From contig CP068257.2 in NCBI GenBank assembly GCA_009914755.4, positions 16,288,001 to 16,352,000 of the forward strand: a DNA stretch of 64,000 nucleotides, given 5' to 3'. The translations under genes were made by a program, and so were the position numbers. The notes below the pieces were generated by a model, which saw only the letters and a program-made list of their open reading frames with translations, searched no databases and was not told where the DNA came from. Of the stretch, positions 38,570-57,514 are shown one piece after another. Each line of letters begins with the position of its first letter. The stretch's first letter is position 1. The stretch is from the human T2T-CHM13v2.0 reference genome, Homo sapiens.

Positions 38570-41500
38570 CCTCTGAGCTTCTTTATGGCCATCAGATAAT
38601 TGTATTTTATTTTAACAGTAGTTTTATTTCTCTGATTATTGAGGTATTTATGTCAAAAAATTGGACTTGGACACTACTAGTATGCTACACTTGTTGATGA
38701 CACAAGTGAGTCTTTTTTCAGTGACTACAAATGTATCATCTAAAGGAGAATCATATCCTTTTACTTAAAAACACATTCTTTTTCTTTCTGGCATCCCTAT
38801 GATATCCTCTTCTTTGTGAGAAATCTTAATTCTAGCTTCAGAGTGTTTTTATTTTCAGTTTCTCCCTAAGAGCTTGGTTTTTCTTATGCAAATTGGGACT
38901 CTAGATTTACCTCAAGCTCTATGATTTCCTGAACTGAATGAGTCCAGTAGGTTCTACTGTGGTCTTCAAAATGCCTCCTGTGTAGTAACATGTTACCTCA
39001 AAATGTCTTTACTGCTTTCTACTTGGCAATGTACATCTTCTTTCAACAGGAGATACATGGTTTGGATTTGAGGAAAGGAGGAGTGCAAAAAAGTGCAAGG
39101 AGAGTGTACATACTTTCCGTAACTAGGGTCTTTTTTCAAGCAGTCTCTGACATATTTCTATTGGTTCAGGGTCAATCGATTAATCAATCAACAGATTCAT
39201 GAAATGTTTGTTGCATACCTACTATGTGCCCAACAATATCCCTTTCCTTAAAGGGCAGAATCATGTCAGGACCAATGCCTACCTTGTTGGTTGATACGTC
39301 GGATGGTCACTTAACTGTGTAGTTCAATCTTGGTCCCTTCAGAACCCATGAGTGGAACAATGGTCTCTATTAAAACAATGTTTATCTTGCATCATTGCGG
39401 AAGTTGTGCTGAAACACTCCAAATACTCCAGTGGTAAAGTTAAGCAGCATTCATGGCTAAATTCCTTCATCCTTAGGCCATCTGCCTTTTGCCTAGGTCT
39501 GTTGAGAACCTGCACATTTTCTCTCAAGCTTTGGCAACTGTGTGTCTTGGGTGGGAGAGAATGATAGGGCCTCCTCCTCCATAGTCATGCCAACTATCAG
39601 GAACCTCTCCATAGTTTTGTCCTGTCAGTTTCCTGTTACTAAAAGCCAGGGGCTTATCCATGTTTCAGGTCATGCTTGTTTGGTGTTACTAGCATGTCTT
39701 TTTCCGATTATTTACTGTTTTCCCTCTGTACCTTGAATGGCTTTGTGTAGAACTCAGAAATACAACACATAGTATTTTCTTGGCACCTGGTTTCCTCATC
39801 TTTTGCACGAAAGTGGCTGGAACTGATGTGCTTGTTTGGAGTTGGTCTCTGTTAAAATAAATTTCTCAGTCTCTGATAAATAAAAAATTATTTTACCTTA
39901 TTTCCCCCTTTAATTAGATTCTGCCCTAATGGTTTCTTTTTTTTCAGAAACAATTTTACTTTTCTTTCACCAAAGAAAGTACAAACCTGATGAAGGAAAA
40001 TTCATGCCTTGTTAGTCTTCCAATTCCCCTTCCCTCTCCCTAGTCTCTAGCACAGTGACAATCACATGGTGGACACCTGACAAACATTTACCAAATGCTA
40101 ACCAATGGGATCAATGCAGAGTTCATCTGGAATTTCTCACCATGCAGGGTATTTCTCTTAGTTGGATGGAAGAATCTTTATTTTATTCTTACTGTTGATT
40201 CCCCTGTACTTGGAACATATGCCATTTCAGAACTCAGTGGTTGTATTACTGAATATCTTTTAACTGTAGAAATCAAAGGGCCCTTGGGAATAAGAATTTC
40301 TTTATGCAACAGAGTTAGGAGCTTGCTAGGAACCATCAATGGTTTTCTTGTAACTTTTAAGAAAATGATATATTTCAAGAATGTGGACACCTGGGGTAAC
40401 TGCTTAAGTTCCTTTTAAGAATATCAATTTATTATTTTACTCAACATGACTAAATGAAGCTGTTGCTCACCTGAATTCTTCCAATTTATTAGTTGAGAGC
40501 ATAAATAAGTTGCTTCAAATGCCAAAGTCCTGGGTAATTTTCTTCTCATATTCACTTTATATTAAATATTCATTGGTGAGTTTTTTAAGGGTCAAAAGCC
40601 AAAATAGTTCATTCTGTTGCACAAATTATAGCCATATGGCATTTTATGTTCATATAGAAATTAAATGGTAAAGATTCATATTGATATCTTGAATTTTGCA
40701 ATTTGTTTTTGACACAAGGAGGGAATAAATACATAGAAGAAAAGAAAAGAGAAAGATGTAAGATATAGAGGAGAATAAATGCTAACATTGTATTATGAAT
40801 GCCATTTTAAATAACAGGTATCCATATAAAAATGTTAAATGAAACAAATTTGTAAGCAGGTAACAGAACTAGTGGCTTTATAGCCTAAATGCTGAATTAA
40901 GTTTTCATTAGGAAATGAATATTGGGTTATATTACATTTTGAGAAAGTCATATTTTTCTGTTAGTGACAGTGTATACCATTTTTATGAGAAGGTAAAAGT
41001 TAGCTATTTAAAGAAAGCAATTATTTTGTGAGCAGTTTGGAATAAGTGTGAAAGTGGCTTGTCCTCTCTTCTTTCTGAATCCTGGAGATACAGTGTGGTA
41101 TTTTAAACAACAGCATGTAGTATAATGCCTAAGAGAGTACTTTGAGGCATTACTATGATATTAAATATAGATTATAAGCTTCAATGTCCTAAAGGTGTAT
41201 ATGACTTTAAGGCTTCTTAATATTTTAATACATGAATAATTATTGGGCTCTTCTCTTTGGGCCTCAGATAATAATCTTACTGAATGGGGGAACCATCTTT
41301 CTATTTGCTTCATGTTTTAATGTAGAAGAATATCTGTTAGAGTAACACTCCTGGCCTCTTTCCCACCCATTACTCATTTCAAACCATGAGAAGAAGTATG
41401 TCCTGATTGACAGGTGACATCTGGGTGCAGCTTCTCTATTGGATCCTGGGTATTCACTCTCGTTTCTTTCTCACATTGCCCTGGACCGATATTAGTAACC

Positions 41501-41970
41501 AAAGTTGAATAAGTGCATCTATTCTGTGGTATCAAAATTTTCTTTGGTGGACTTCCTGAAGAATATAGTGTGTGTGTTTGGGGGTTGGGTGGTGGGAGTT
41601 TGGGAGCAGGGAAGGTAGTAAGCCCTTTGACCACAAAACTCTATTTACATTTCTTAATCAGCTTACAAAAATAAGGCCACTATTTTAATTTTTATCTTTC
41701 TGTCTTCGCCATCTTATTTCTCAATTTGTTCCAAAATTGACAGGCAAAGAAAGGAGTGTTATATCTCTAATTCTGCCAAACCTCAACACTTACTGTAATA
41801 AGGAAGGTGTTTGGGGTGTAACCATTCATTTCATGAATGATGTATGGAATAATGCCTTAACTAAAGAGAAGAAGGTTTTTTCTAGAATATTACTCCACCT
41901 AGACTGAGATGTATCTGCCCAATGGCATTATTGATACTTATTAGAAGCTTGAGACATCATTACTATGCAT

Positions 41971-45108
<3,138 letters not shown>

Positions 45109-45644
45109 CTATGCATTCTCTAAGGATTCTGTTCTAAGAAATCCACAGACTTCTTACTAAGTTGCCTTGTTAGGTTACTATCTTTCAGGAAAAAAAAAAA
45201 AAAAGGACCTCAGAAAAGGGACTACTTAGGAATTAGTAACACTATTCTTTTTATTTTTATGCTCTTCTCCTTCTCTTCCCCTTCCTCCTTGCTCAGCTTA
45301 AGCCATGGAGAGATCAAATAAATGTATGTACTGGGGAAATAGGTGTAGGGTAGATTAAGGTAAAATCCAGATTAAATTAATGTAGTGAAAAATGACAATG
45401 GCTTATCTACTTCTCTGTGCCAGAGTGAGATTCCTCCAGGAAGGGATGCCCCTTGTTTCTATTTTCACTTCTCATTCTGGTTGTCTTACAATGGGGATTT
45501 TGAATCCAACATGAAGTCTTTGGAAACTAAGCAACGTTTTGCAAAACCACACAGATATGATGAACCAAAATGACATTGATAATAAATAACCTGGTTAGTG
45601 GGGAATCAAGTTTGTTGGATATTAAATGCCTCTCCAATTTTTAG

Positions 45645-45956
<312 letters not shown>

Positions 45957-46432
45957 AGAATTTTTAGTTTAAATACAGTTTTATTCAAATAACCAATGTC
46001 TTTTAACTATTGAAAAATGAAGTAAAAGAAAAAATACTTTTTGATAAAGTTGTCTTTAAAATTGATTTTAAAGTCTTGAAATTTGGGTTATTTTATATTG
46101 TATAGTATAATTTGAAAATTATTTTAGTTAAACAGTACATCAAAGAGGATAATTCTTTGCAAAACAAAACATCTTTAATCACTAACAAAAGGCTCATTAA
46201 TGAATCAATAAATATGGAAAATGAACTATGTCAGGAGAATAGAGATTGCCAAATGTCAAACAATTTTATAAAAAGACATTAATTCTGAGGCAGTCAAAAT
46301 GTACTTTATATATATATATAAAATATATAAATTTAAAATAATATATATTATAGACATATATAAAATATATGTAAAACCTATTGTATTGTTCAAGATAGCT
46401 ATTTGAAGTTGCGTTTAAAAAGACCAGTGACA

Positions 46433-46537
46433 GGCCTGGTGCAGTGGCTCATGCCTGTAATCCCAGCACTTTGGAAGGCCAAGCCAGGTGGAGCACGAGG
46501 TCAGGAGTTCAAGACGAGCCTGGCCAAGATGGTGAAA
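46433..46537 (+). mobile_element. Alu left-monomer fragment, abutting an L1 3' end
   Basis: 'caggcctggtgcagtggctcatgcctgtaatcccagcactttggaaggccaagccaggtggagcacgaggtcaggagttcaagacgagcctggccaagatggtgaaa' ends mid-element with no A-rich linker or right arm. Confidence 0.85.
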
Positions 46538-46850
46538 GATTATGTCCTTTTCAGCAACATGGAGGAAGCTGGAGGCCATTGTCCTAAGCAAACTAACATA
46601 GGAACAGAAAACCTAATAATGCATGTTCTCACAAGTGGGAGCTAAACACTGAGTACATATGGACACGTGTACTTGAGAGTGAAGGGCGGGAGGAGGGAGA
46701 GGATTGAAAAACTACTTATCGAGTAGTATGTTTATTACCTGGGTGACAAAATAATCTACACACCAAATCCCTGTGACACAAATTTTCTATATAACAAACC
46801 TGCACATGTATCCCTGAGCCTAAAACAAAAATTTTTAAAAAAGAAGAAAT
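46538..46850 (+). mobile_element. L1 3'-end fragment (ORF2 C-terminal tail + 3'UTR + A-rich tail)
   Basis: 'gattatgtccttttcagcaacatggaggaagctggaggccattgtcctaagcaaactaacataggaacagaaaacctaataatgcatgttctcacaagtgggagctaaacactgagtacatatggacacg...gggaggagggagaggattgaaaaactacttatcgagtag...aaacctgcacatgtatccctgagcctaaaacaaaaatttttaaaaaag'. Confidence 0.85.
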
Positions 46851-47474
46851 CTAACTACTTTAAAATGTTTTATAAAGCCTTGCAATGGCTGATTCCTGCC
46901 TATTTTTCTACATCATACCATGTTATTTTCTTTCCTCACACACGCCACATTCCTGGTACACTAGCCACATTTCAGTTCCTCAAACCCACTCTTTTTCTTG
47001 ACCTTGAGGCTTTTAATTCGATGTTTCTTAACAGTATTCTGCCAGAAGTATTCCTTCTGTACTATTTACTGGAAAACTCCCCTTCCTTCAAGGACTGCTG
47101 TCCTCTTAAATGTGGTTTCCTCAATAAGACCTTCCATGCCCATCCTCATGTCTCCCCACCCCTGCCCACTCTGCAACATCCCAGAATCTATGATACTTAA
47201 ATTGCATTATTGTCAGTCATTAATAAATACAAGGACCACAAGGGCCCTCAAGATGTATGTTCCTTATTAGAACCCAAAACAACAAACCAACAGATATTTT
47301 AACTATGAAAGTCCAGTACAGATTTCAAAATAATTTTGAATAATCAAATTTAATATAAAGAGTTATAGTTTCACAAAGACTATATGCTATATTTTATCAC
47401 CTTAAGTTTCTGTGAGAAATAGGCTTTGTTAATATGACGAAACTCTAAAATTAATGGATTAAAAGACACAATTT

Positions 47475-47689
<215 letters not shown>

Positions 47690-48710
47690 CATTGTTTCTT
47701 ATTGTTTTTCAAGTTTCTATTCTTTTAGTTGAATGTACAGACAAGGAGTGGGTAGATAATGGATTCTTTTCATTTGAATCATAATGTGTCATTCTAGGAA
47801 TCTCAGAGCTAAATTTAAGGTCAAACATAATACTTATATTCACCATTCCTTCAAGAAATAGCTGTTGGGCATCTTTCATGTGACAATGAGAAGTTGGCTA
47901 AGTCTCTGAGAATCAATTAATCAATTCATTTAATAGTTCACCAAATTCAAAATCATTATTGGTAATTATTTTCTAACAGCCCTTTAACTATAAAATTGTC
48001 AGCGTACACTTGACACTGTAATCTTCTAAATTAGAATTGGGCAGATTATTGATATTTGTTCAGCTCTTACTACAGTGCCCTTTGTCCTTAATTATTTTTT
48101 GCTTTTTATATTTTGTTTTTTAAATATATTCTTTGTTTCTAATTTACTAAGATAATTTCAAATTTTATTTTTGTTATTCAGGCTGCAAGTAGGTCAGTAT
48201 CAACCTGAAATAACAAGACACCCTCTTCTTTCATGTGAGTCATTGGTAAGCACAGTGGTGGTGTGACATCAGTCCTGATTTCTATGGGATGGTTCTTGGA
48301 AATGCTTTCCAGACAGATTTAAATAATTGTTGTCAGTTTCATCATATAAACCTTTATTGCTTTCTGCAGCCAACTAGCCACACTGTAGTAGAAACAGTGT
48401 TTCTCTGAACCTGGGGTTGCAAGCTCCATAACACTTTAAAGGAGGCCATGGCAGAAGGGATCAAGGTGGATTCAGCATTTCCTACGTGCTTTTATATTTA
48501 TGGAACCATTCATGATTCATAACAATCTTGTCAGAAAGTTAATATTCTTCCCATTTATAGATGAGGAAATTAATGCCTGAAGAGATTAAGGAATTTCTCA
48601 TGTTGTTTGCCCCTTTAGTTCTTTATACTCTGCCATCTTGCCACTGTCAGAAAAAGCAGGACATGTTTTTCAAGATTAGATGTCTGGTACTCTGTTCATT
48701 GCAGAAATAA

Positions 48711-49048
<338 letters not shown>

Positions 49049-49070
49049 AGATTTCTTAAAAAGATAAATG

Positions 49071-49390
<320 letters not shown>

Positions 49391-49530
49391 CTATTGTTGG
49401 CATAATAAATTAGCCCAAACAGTGGCTTAAATCAAACCCATCTGTTATCCCACAGTTCTGTAGGTCAGAAATCCTAGTTGGTTTGTTTGGGGTCTCTTCA
49501 CTGGGTATTACCAAGCCAAAAAAACACGTC

Positions 49531-50156
<626 letters not shown>

Positions 50157-50329
50157 TCAACCTCTGGACTCTTAATGGGGGGCTCTGGGAAGATTCCACT
50201 TCCAGGCCCATTCATATTGTTGACAGAATTAAGTTCTTTGTGGTTGAAATGCTAAGGTTCTTTTTTTTCTTGTTGGCTGTCAGCGAAGGCCTGCCCTTAG
50301 TTGCAATAGGCCCCTCTCTGTCCATGCAC

Positions 50330-50600
50330 ATGAGTTCCTGCATCTCAGCAGCAGCAAGGGTGCATTGAATCCTTCTCATGCTTGAACTTTCCTTTGCTTT
50401 CCTCTTCTTTTTCCAGCTGGAGAACATTCTCTGCGTTTAAGGACTCATGAAATTGGATTGGGCCCATCTGGATAATTCAGAATATTCTTTCTTATTTAAG
50501 GTCCATAACCTTGATTACATCTGCAAAGTCCCTTTTGCCACGTAATGTAGCATATTCTTAAATTTCAGAGATTAGCCATGGACATCTTTGGGGGACCATT
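50330..50600 (-). mobile_element. MLT1-type LTR fragment (3' part)
   Basis: 'ggattgggcccatctggataattcagaatattctttcttatttaaggtccataaccttgattacatctgcaaagtcccttttgccacgtaatgtagcatattcttaaatttcagagattagccatggacatctttggggg' resembles the MLT1 terminal part ('ggattagggcccaccctaat...acttgattacatctgcaaagaccctatttccaaataaggtcacattc...ttcaacatat...ttgggg'). Confidence 0.5.
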
Positions 50601-53600
50601 TTGCCTACCACAGACAGAAAAGAAGTGGAAGAAGGAAAAACTTTTCTCAATTTAGAAGTCTATTTGAGAGAGTTCTTGATAATTTTTGTTAGATCAAATT
50701 TGCTGTAAGTAAAAGATTCCCTCTTTAATAATTGTTTATCTGTTTTGTTGAAAATTGTGGGTAAATAAATATACAGAATCTTAGTTTAGGGTTTTTAAAA
50801 GCTTCCATTTGTGGTGTAGGCTGATTTTATTTTGAATTTTTGGTTCTAATTTATAACTTTTCAAGTATAATTAAATGTAAGTTTTGAAAAATTTTTTGCT
50901 TGTTCATTTGGAATGCATTTTCTTGATTACTGCTAATTTTTGGTTTATTGTAGCTTTATTTGGATTACTGTAGTGATTAACATTATGGCTGAGTAAAGAG
51001 CGTTGGAAATTCTAAGTATGATTTCTGAAGATCTCAAAATTGAAGGAGCAGACAGCAGTAATGAGTTACAAATGGAAACTTGTATTTTGTTTGGAAAATC
51101 GTTTCTTTCCTTGAGGAATTATGTTTTGTATTGGTTTCAGAGTGTTTGGTCTTTGGAGAGGTACTTGGGGTTTTAGGAAACACAGCAGTTGTATCTTCAA
51201 ATTAAATGTCACTTAGGCCTTTATGCCATGTTTCCTAAGGTCTTTACATCTGGAATAACTTTATCTCTATTCCAAAGAATCCAAGTAGTTCAAGGTTAAA
51301 CAGTGTGTCATCGTGATGTCAGGGGTGCCTCAGTTTCATTTCTTCAAAAATGTTCTATTCCATGAGGTTTCTTTTCCTACTTCAATAGAAAAATGTTGAC
51401 ATAAATTAAAAGTGAGCACTGAGTTGTTGTTTTGGGAATTGTCCCCTTCTTTTCTTCCTGTATTGACATTAAATTCATCCTTTTTTTTTTTTTTTTGGTC
51501 TGGAGACAAAAATCTGTTATATCAGTTTTCCATCTACATTTTGCCTGAGAAAAAATGTGGAAGACAGCTGTTTTAATGTTGAAATGGATCCAGTTTCTCC
51601 CTAAGCATGTCCTCAGAGCTTTTGGGCATTTATTTTTAACTCTGATAGAATTAATTTGGAATAAGACATAAATGACCATTATTTACCCTATCTAATTTCC
51701 TGAAACAAACAATGTGTGGTTACTTATGCCTTTGATTTAGCAGTAGAAATGTACGCTCTCCAGTAAATGAGAATAATAGGATCACTGGGTAAAATATTGC
51801 ATTTCCTGAATTCCTGCTGTGGTCATTTGACTGGACTAATATTTTCATCAACTGATAAAGAATTTAAAATAAGTTATTCATCCATTTGAATCAGCAACCT
51901 GTGTAATTTTTCAGGCCTGTACTTGAAAACGTTGTAGTTTAAGTGCCAGGTTGTAGTTGGAGGAGAGAGAGTGAGATGTGAAGAGGAAAATGATGTTGCA
52001 TTGAATTCCACTGAGGGACTGCCACCCTGGGAGACCAGCTTCTGTTCTTGGGTTTCACGGGTACCTGGACATTCTTTGTATGACTGGTCTGAGAAAGAAC
52101 TTACAGTTAAATACTTCTGAGGAGTCTGCCTCCCTCACACCTCATCCACTCTATGAGTCTCTGAAATGCACCGTGTGTGCATGTGATCATGTGTGCACAT
52201 GCCTGTGTTGGGATGAGGATAGGAGAAAATTGTTCTTTCTCTGTTCCACTCTTCACTTTGAAAAAGATGAGAGAAGAGTCTGGGCTCCAGTGTAGGCCAG
52301 AACTGGGTTTGAATCACAGCTCCATCCCTTGTTAATACCTGTGTGACCTTCAGTGAATCTCAGTTTCCATGAAATGCAGACAATAATGCCAAGGATTGGA
52401 GATAATTTATGTAAAGCTTACCCTGCACATTTTGGTCCCATTGTAACCAGTTAATAAATAGTGGTTACTGTCACTATACAAACCCTGATGTCACTATATT
52501 TAGCTAGTGTTATTCCATCTATGGAAAACATATGAATAGAAACAAAGTAGTTATTTTTTGTTATTGTTTAAAAAAACCTGTTTAGAGCCCCAGCTTCATG
52601 AGCACAGTAGGCTCTGACGTGTAGGTGCTGCTAGAAGGAACTTTCAGAGCTCAGCTCTATCTTTGTAGTTTATTAATCTGCTACCATGGAAACAGGTATT
52701 TAATCCTTATGAAACAGGAAAACAGCTTTAAACAAAGAACTGTTTCAAACAATGTGTTGTTCATGGGCAGCGTTTGTTTCTTTTTTTAAAAAAATATAAT
52801 TTCTAAGTGACTAACCTCATTTTTGGCAATCTGATTTGAGTTTCCATGGAAACAGAAGTGACAGCTGAGGCCTCCAAACTCTTGTAACTGATGGGGCTCA
52901 GGTTAAGTCTTGCAAATGTCAGTTGTCCCAAGGTACCTAAAAGAGCCAACAGAAATAAGAGTCGGACAATGTCCAGGGAAAAAGAAGGAATAATACGTCA
53001 AACATTTACAAAATTCACAATGCTGTGGGTTTGTGAAAAAGCATGTGTAATGGATAGACAGAGAGAAACTCATGGATGTAATTCACAGTTAGGGGTTATG
53101 TGGCCTGGCCTCATATTAAACACCTTTTTCTGAGTGGCTAACTTACCTAGTTCCTATATATTTTTGTTACACTTAGTACAAGAATATAGGGAAAGGGTGA
53201 AAGCTTAGAGGATTAATAAAATATCACATAATGGGCCTATTAAATATTAGCATGAGAACTAAATGTAAAAGAAGACAAATGAAAATGTATGAAAGCCAAA
53301 CTTTCAAAGATAGATGTGTTCAATTGGCATAGGCCCAAATATTTATTTGTAGGCCCCCACTATTGGTCTTTGTAGAGATTTTTCTAATTCCTAATATTTA
53401 ACAATGATATTACTACATCCTAGGATTGTTGGTGTAAAAGTAGTTTTCACTGTTTTTAGAAAGACTTTCCAGTAATTCTACATCACATCAGAGGGAGAAA
53501 AATCAGAATATCACCTGAGTTTCTAACACGGATTTTAAAACAACAGGCCTCTCTTATCCCCAACTTAAGTATATTGTGAGTATGCACATGTTTCTTTGTC

Positions 53601-54085
53601 AGCTACATCCTTCTGAGAAGAGCTGTACCTTTCAATTGTTTTGTGATTGGTGAAATCATCCAGTCTAGGCCACTCTGACCAGCAGATCTTTGACTAAGTT
53701 TTACTTGGGTCCTGCAGGTGTTTACAAATTTTCTTTATAAATATCTAAAGGGGTTTTCATAAATGAAGATTTTATAAATAAAACAAAAAGGTTTAGTTGA
53801 GGACTGAGTTTGCTTTGGGCACGAACAATATACAGTTTCTCAACATAAGCATAATATTGAGAAGTGATACCCAGTTAAAAAAGTAACCTCATTTTTATCC
53901 CATGAAAAATTATTTTATTATAGGAACATTTCATTAATTATTTTCCTGATTATGAAAATATTGTGTACTCTTTTAAAAAAAATTTTATAAGCTAAGCAAA
54001 TGAAAAATAAGTCACCCACAATTTCTCTATCTAGTTAGTATTTACAGATAAAGCATGCACTATAAAAATCCCCTTATATATATTC

Positions 54086-54422
<337 letters not shown>

Positions 54423-55099
54423 TAGTGTTACATAATTTTTGACTTAAATGTAATCATAATATCCTTTAACATACGCATTCCTAGGTGTAGACTTATGTAA
54501 ATTTGTAACATTCATCACAATATGCATACTCTTTCTAATCTGCTTTATTTCTAACCTCAAATATGTCATAAATATCATTCCATGCCTATAGCCATAAAAT
54601 CAATATTAAATTTAGTAATGGCTTTGCAATAATCCACTGTGTGGACATAGTATATGGCACTTAACAACGTCCCTATTTTTAGAGCATTTACATCATTTAA
54701 AAAATATTATTTGTAGATGTTTTGAAAAATATCCTCATACATACATCTTGTGACCTTGGTGATTTCTTCGGGATACAGTTCTAAAAATGGTATTTTTCTA
54801 ATTAGGGGCTATGTATTTAAGTGTTAAGTAAAAATTGTATACTTTCCTCAAGAATTCTTGTAGCAGTTTTCATCACTTCCTCAGTACTTGAGACAGCTAA
54901 ATTCCCCATATATTCACCCAAACTAAGTCTTGTCATTAGTTTTTCATCTTTGTTAATCAGGTAGTCAAAACATAGTATCTTAATTATTGCTTAATTTGTA
55001 TTTCCTTTACTACAGATTGAATTTATTTCATATATTAAATGCAAATTTTTGTTTCATAATTTATGAAATACTAGCTTATTTTGTTTGCCTGTTTCTTTG

Positions 55100-55880
55100 G
55101 AATTCTTTGTTTTGTATATATTTGTGACATCTCTATTGAGGTATAATTGATATAATAACCGCACATATTTAATGGGTACAATTAGATGAGTTTGGACATA
55201 GGCATATGCCCATAATATCATCACCAAAATTAATAAAATAGACATGTGCAACACCTCCCAGTTTCCTTTATGTTCCTTTCCTGTGTGCAAGTGTGTGTGT
55301 GGGGGGGTGGGGTCAAGAACACTTAACAGGAGTTTTACCGTCTTAACAAATTTTAAGTTGCACAAGTCTGGATTGTTAACTGTGGGTACTATGTTGTAGA
55401 GCAGATCTTTAGAATTTATTTATCTAGCATAAACTTAAGACTTTAATCCCACTGAACAATAATCCCCCATTTCTCCCTCTCCACAGCTCTTCTATGATTT
55501 TGACTATTTTAGATACCCGATGTAAGTGGAATCATGCAGTGGTTATCCTTCCGTGACTGGCTTATTTCATTTAGCATAGTGGTCTTCGGCGTCATCTATG
55601 TTGTCAGTTTTAAGGCTGAATAAAATTCCATTATATGGGTAGACCAAATTTCCTTTATCTATTTATCTGTCAATGGACACTATATCTTGGCTATTATAAA
55701 TAATTGTACCGTGAACATGGGAGTGCAGAAATCTCTTTATGATTCTGATTTTAAATCCTTTGGATCCACACCCAGAATTGGGATTGCGGGATCATATGGC
55801 AGTTCTACTTCTAATTTTTTTGAGAACCTCCATTCCATTTTTTATAGCTGTTGCCTCATTCTCTTTATATAGGATAGATA
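55100..55880 (-). mobile_element. L1M-type LINE-1 3'-end fragment (antisense)
   Basis: 'gggtactatgttgtagagcagatctttagaatttatttatctagcataaacttaagactttaatcccactgaacaataatcccccatttctccctctccacagctcttctatgattttgactattttagatacccgatgtaagtggaatcatgcagtggttatccttccgtgactggcttatttcatttagcatagtg...ttaaggctgaataaaattccattatatgg...gattgcgggatcatatggcagttctacttctaatttttttgagaacctccattcc' is the same old-L1M 3' consensus as 10440-10870. Confidence 0.75.
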
Positions 55881-55900
55881 TTAACCCTTTATGAAAATAT

Positions 55901-56002
55901 AATTAAAATACTTTCTAGTTTGGTGTTTGTCTTTTGTACATGACTTTTTTTAATTAAAATACTTTCTAGTTTGGTGTTTGTCTTTTGTACATGACTTTTT
56001 TT
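55901..56002. repeat. Perfect tandem duplication of a 51-bp unit
   Basis: Unit 'aattaaaatactttctagtttggtgtttgtcttttgtacatgacttttttt' occurs at 55901-55951 and again at 55952-56002 with no mismatch. Confidence 0.9.
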
Positions 56003-57162
56003 AATTTAAGACATTTATTTTTTAATATAGTCATACCAGTCTTTTTCTTTATGGATTTTGCCTTTCGTATCATGTGTGGAAAGGCTTTCCCCAGCATAAA
56101 TTTGTATCAGTAGACTCAGATTTTCTTCTGGTCTTTTCATTTATACTTTAATTGATTTGTAATTTGTTTTGGCCTAAGATTGGAGGTTTGAATATAACTT
56201 TATTTTCAGGAAATTGAATTTATTTACTTTCACATTATTTTCTTCACTAATTTGAAGTACTTATATTGTCACTTATTGGATTTTTAAATTCTTATATATG
56301 GAATCTGTCCCTTCTATTGATAAATTGTGTAGTTTTGCAGGAATATCGCAATATTATAACTTCACAATACATCTTAATATCTCAATAAGGAAAGTTTCTG
56401 TTTATTAGTCTTCATTGTCACAAATTTCCAGGTGAAATTGAGTCATTTAATGTAGTTCCAAAGAAAAATTCTTATTCAGATTTTGATTGGGATTGCATTA
56501 AGTTTATAGATTATTTTGGAGAAAACGGATGTATCTATAATATAGATACTTCCTGTCCAGAAACATGGATATTACTATATTTTTTCAACTCTTCTTTTAT
56601 GTCCTTTAGTAAAACCTGTAGTTCTCGTCCCATAAACTTAGCTTTTTACTTTATTGCACTTTTATCAGACTTTCTTCATTGTATCAAGAGTATTAATTTA
56701 TGGACAATTCCTGTAGCCAACATTGAGTTATCTGCTTCTCAACTCCACCTCTCGCATGTATCACTCTGGAATTTAGTATTTATTTACCTGTTTCAATTTC
56801 TGCAATTAGTAGTGAATCTGGTAATGTCTGCATTAATTGGAAGTTGTCATAGAGTCACAGGGTCATGGGATAATGACATTTATACAGCAAGAGAGGAAAA
56901 ATTCTAGTTGGTTTTCCTTCTTTGTATGTCTACTTTTCAATTAGTTCCTGAGATAACTTGTTCTGGTTTGTGTATTTGCAATTTTATGGTGACTACAGAG
57001 TGTGAATTGAGGAACAAAAAGGAAGTCTCTTATGACCTAAAATATACTTTCCACTTGTCTCCCAGGAGAAGCTACATTCCACCATTACGGGTCAATTTTT
57101 TTGGGTTAAGGTGCTCTCTTCAACAAAATGAAAATAGCTCTTGGGGAAATAACCACTTAAAC

Positions 57163-57490
57163 TAGCCACTTAGCTCTGGCTGCTATAACAAATGACCTTA
57201 TTCTGGGTAGCTTAAATAGCAAATATTTATTTCTCATGGTTCTGGAGGCTGGGAGGTCCAAGATCAAGGTACCAGCAGATTCACTGTCTGATGAGGGCCT
57301 ACTTTCTGGTTTGAAGATGGTGCTTTCTTGCTGTGTTTTCACATGACACAGCACAAGCCCTCCCACTCATGAGGGTTCTACCTTCATGACCTAATTATCT
57401 TCCAAAAGCCTCACCTTCTAATACCATCACATTGGAGGTTAGGATTTCAACATAGGAATTTTGGAAGGGCACAAGTATTTAGATCATAAT
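57163..57490 (-). mobile_element. MLT1-type MaLR solo LTR
   Basis: 'tagccacttagctctggctgctataacaaatgaccttattctgggtagcttaaatagcaaatatttatttctcatggttctggaggctgggaggtccaagatcaaggtaccagcag...ccctcccactcatgagggttctaccttcatgacctaattatcttccaaaagcctcaccttctaataccatcacattggaggttaggatttcaacataggaattttgg'. Confidence 0.7.
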
Positions 57491-57514
57491 GAGTATTGTA
57501 CCCCAGTAGTACTT

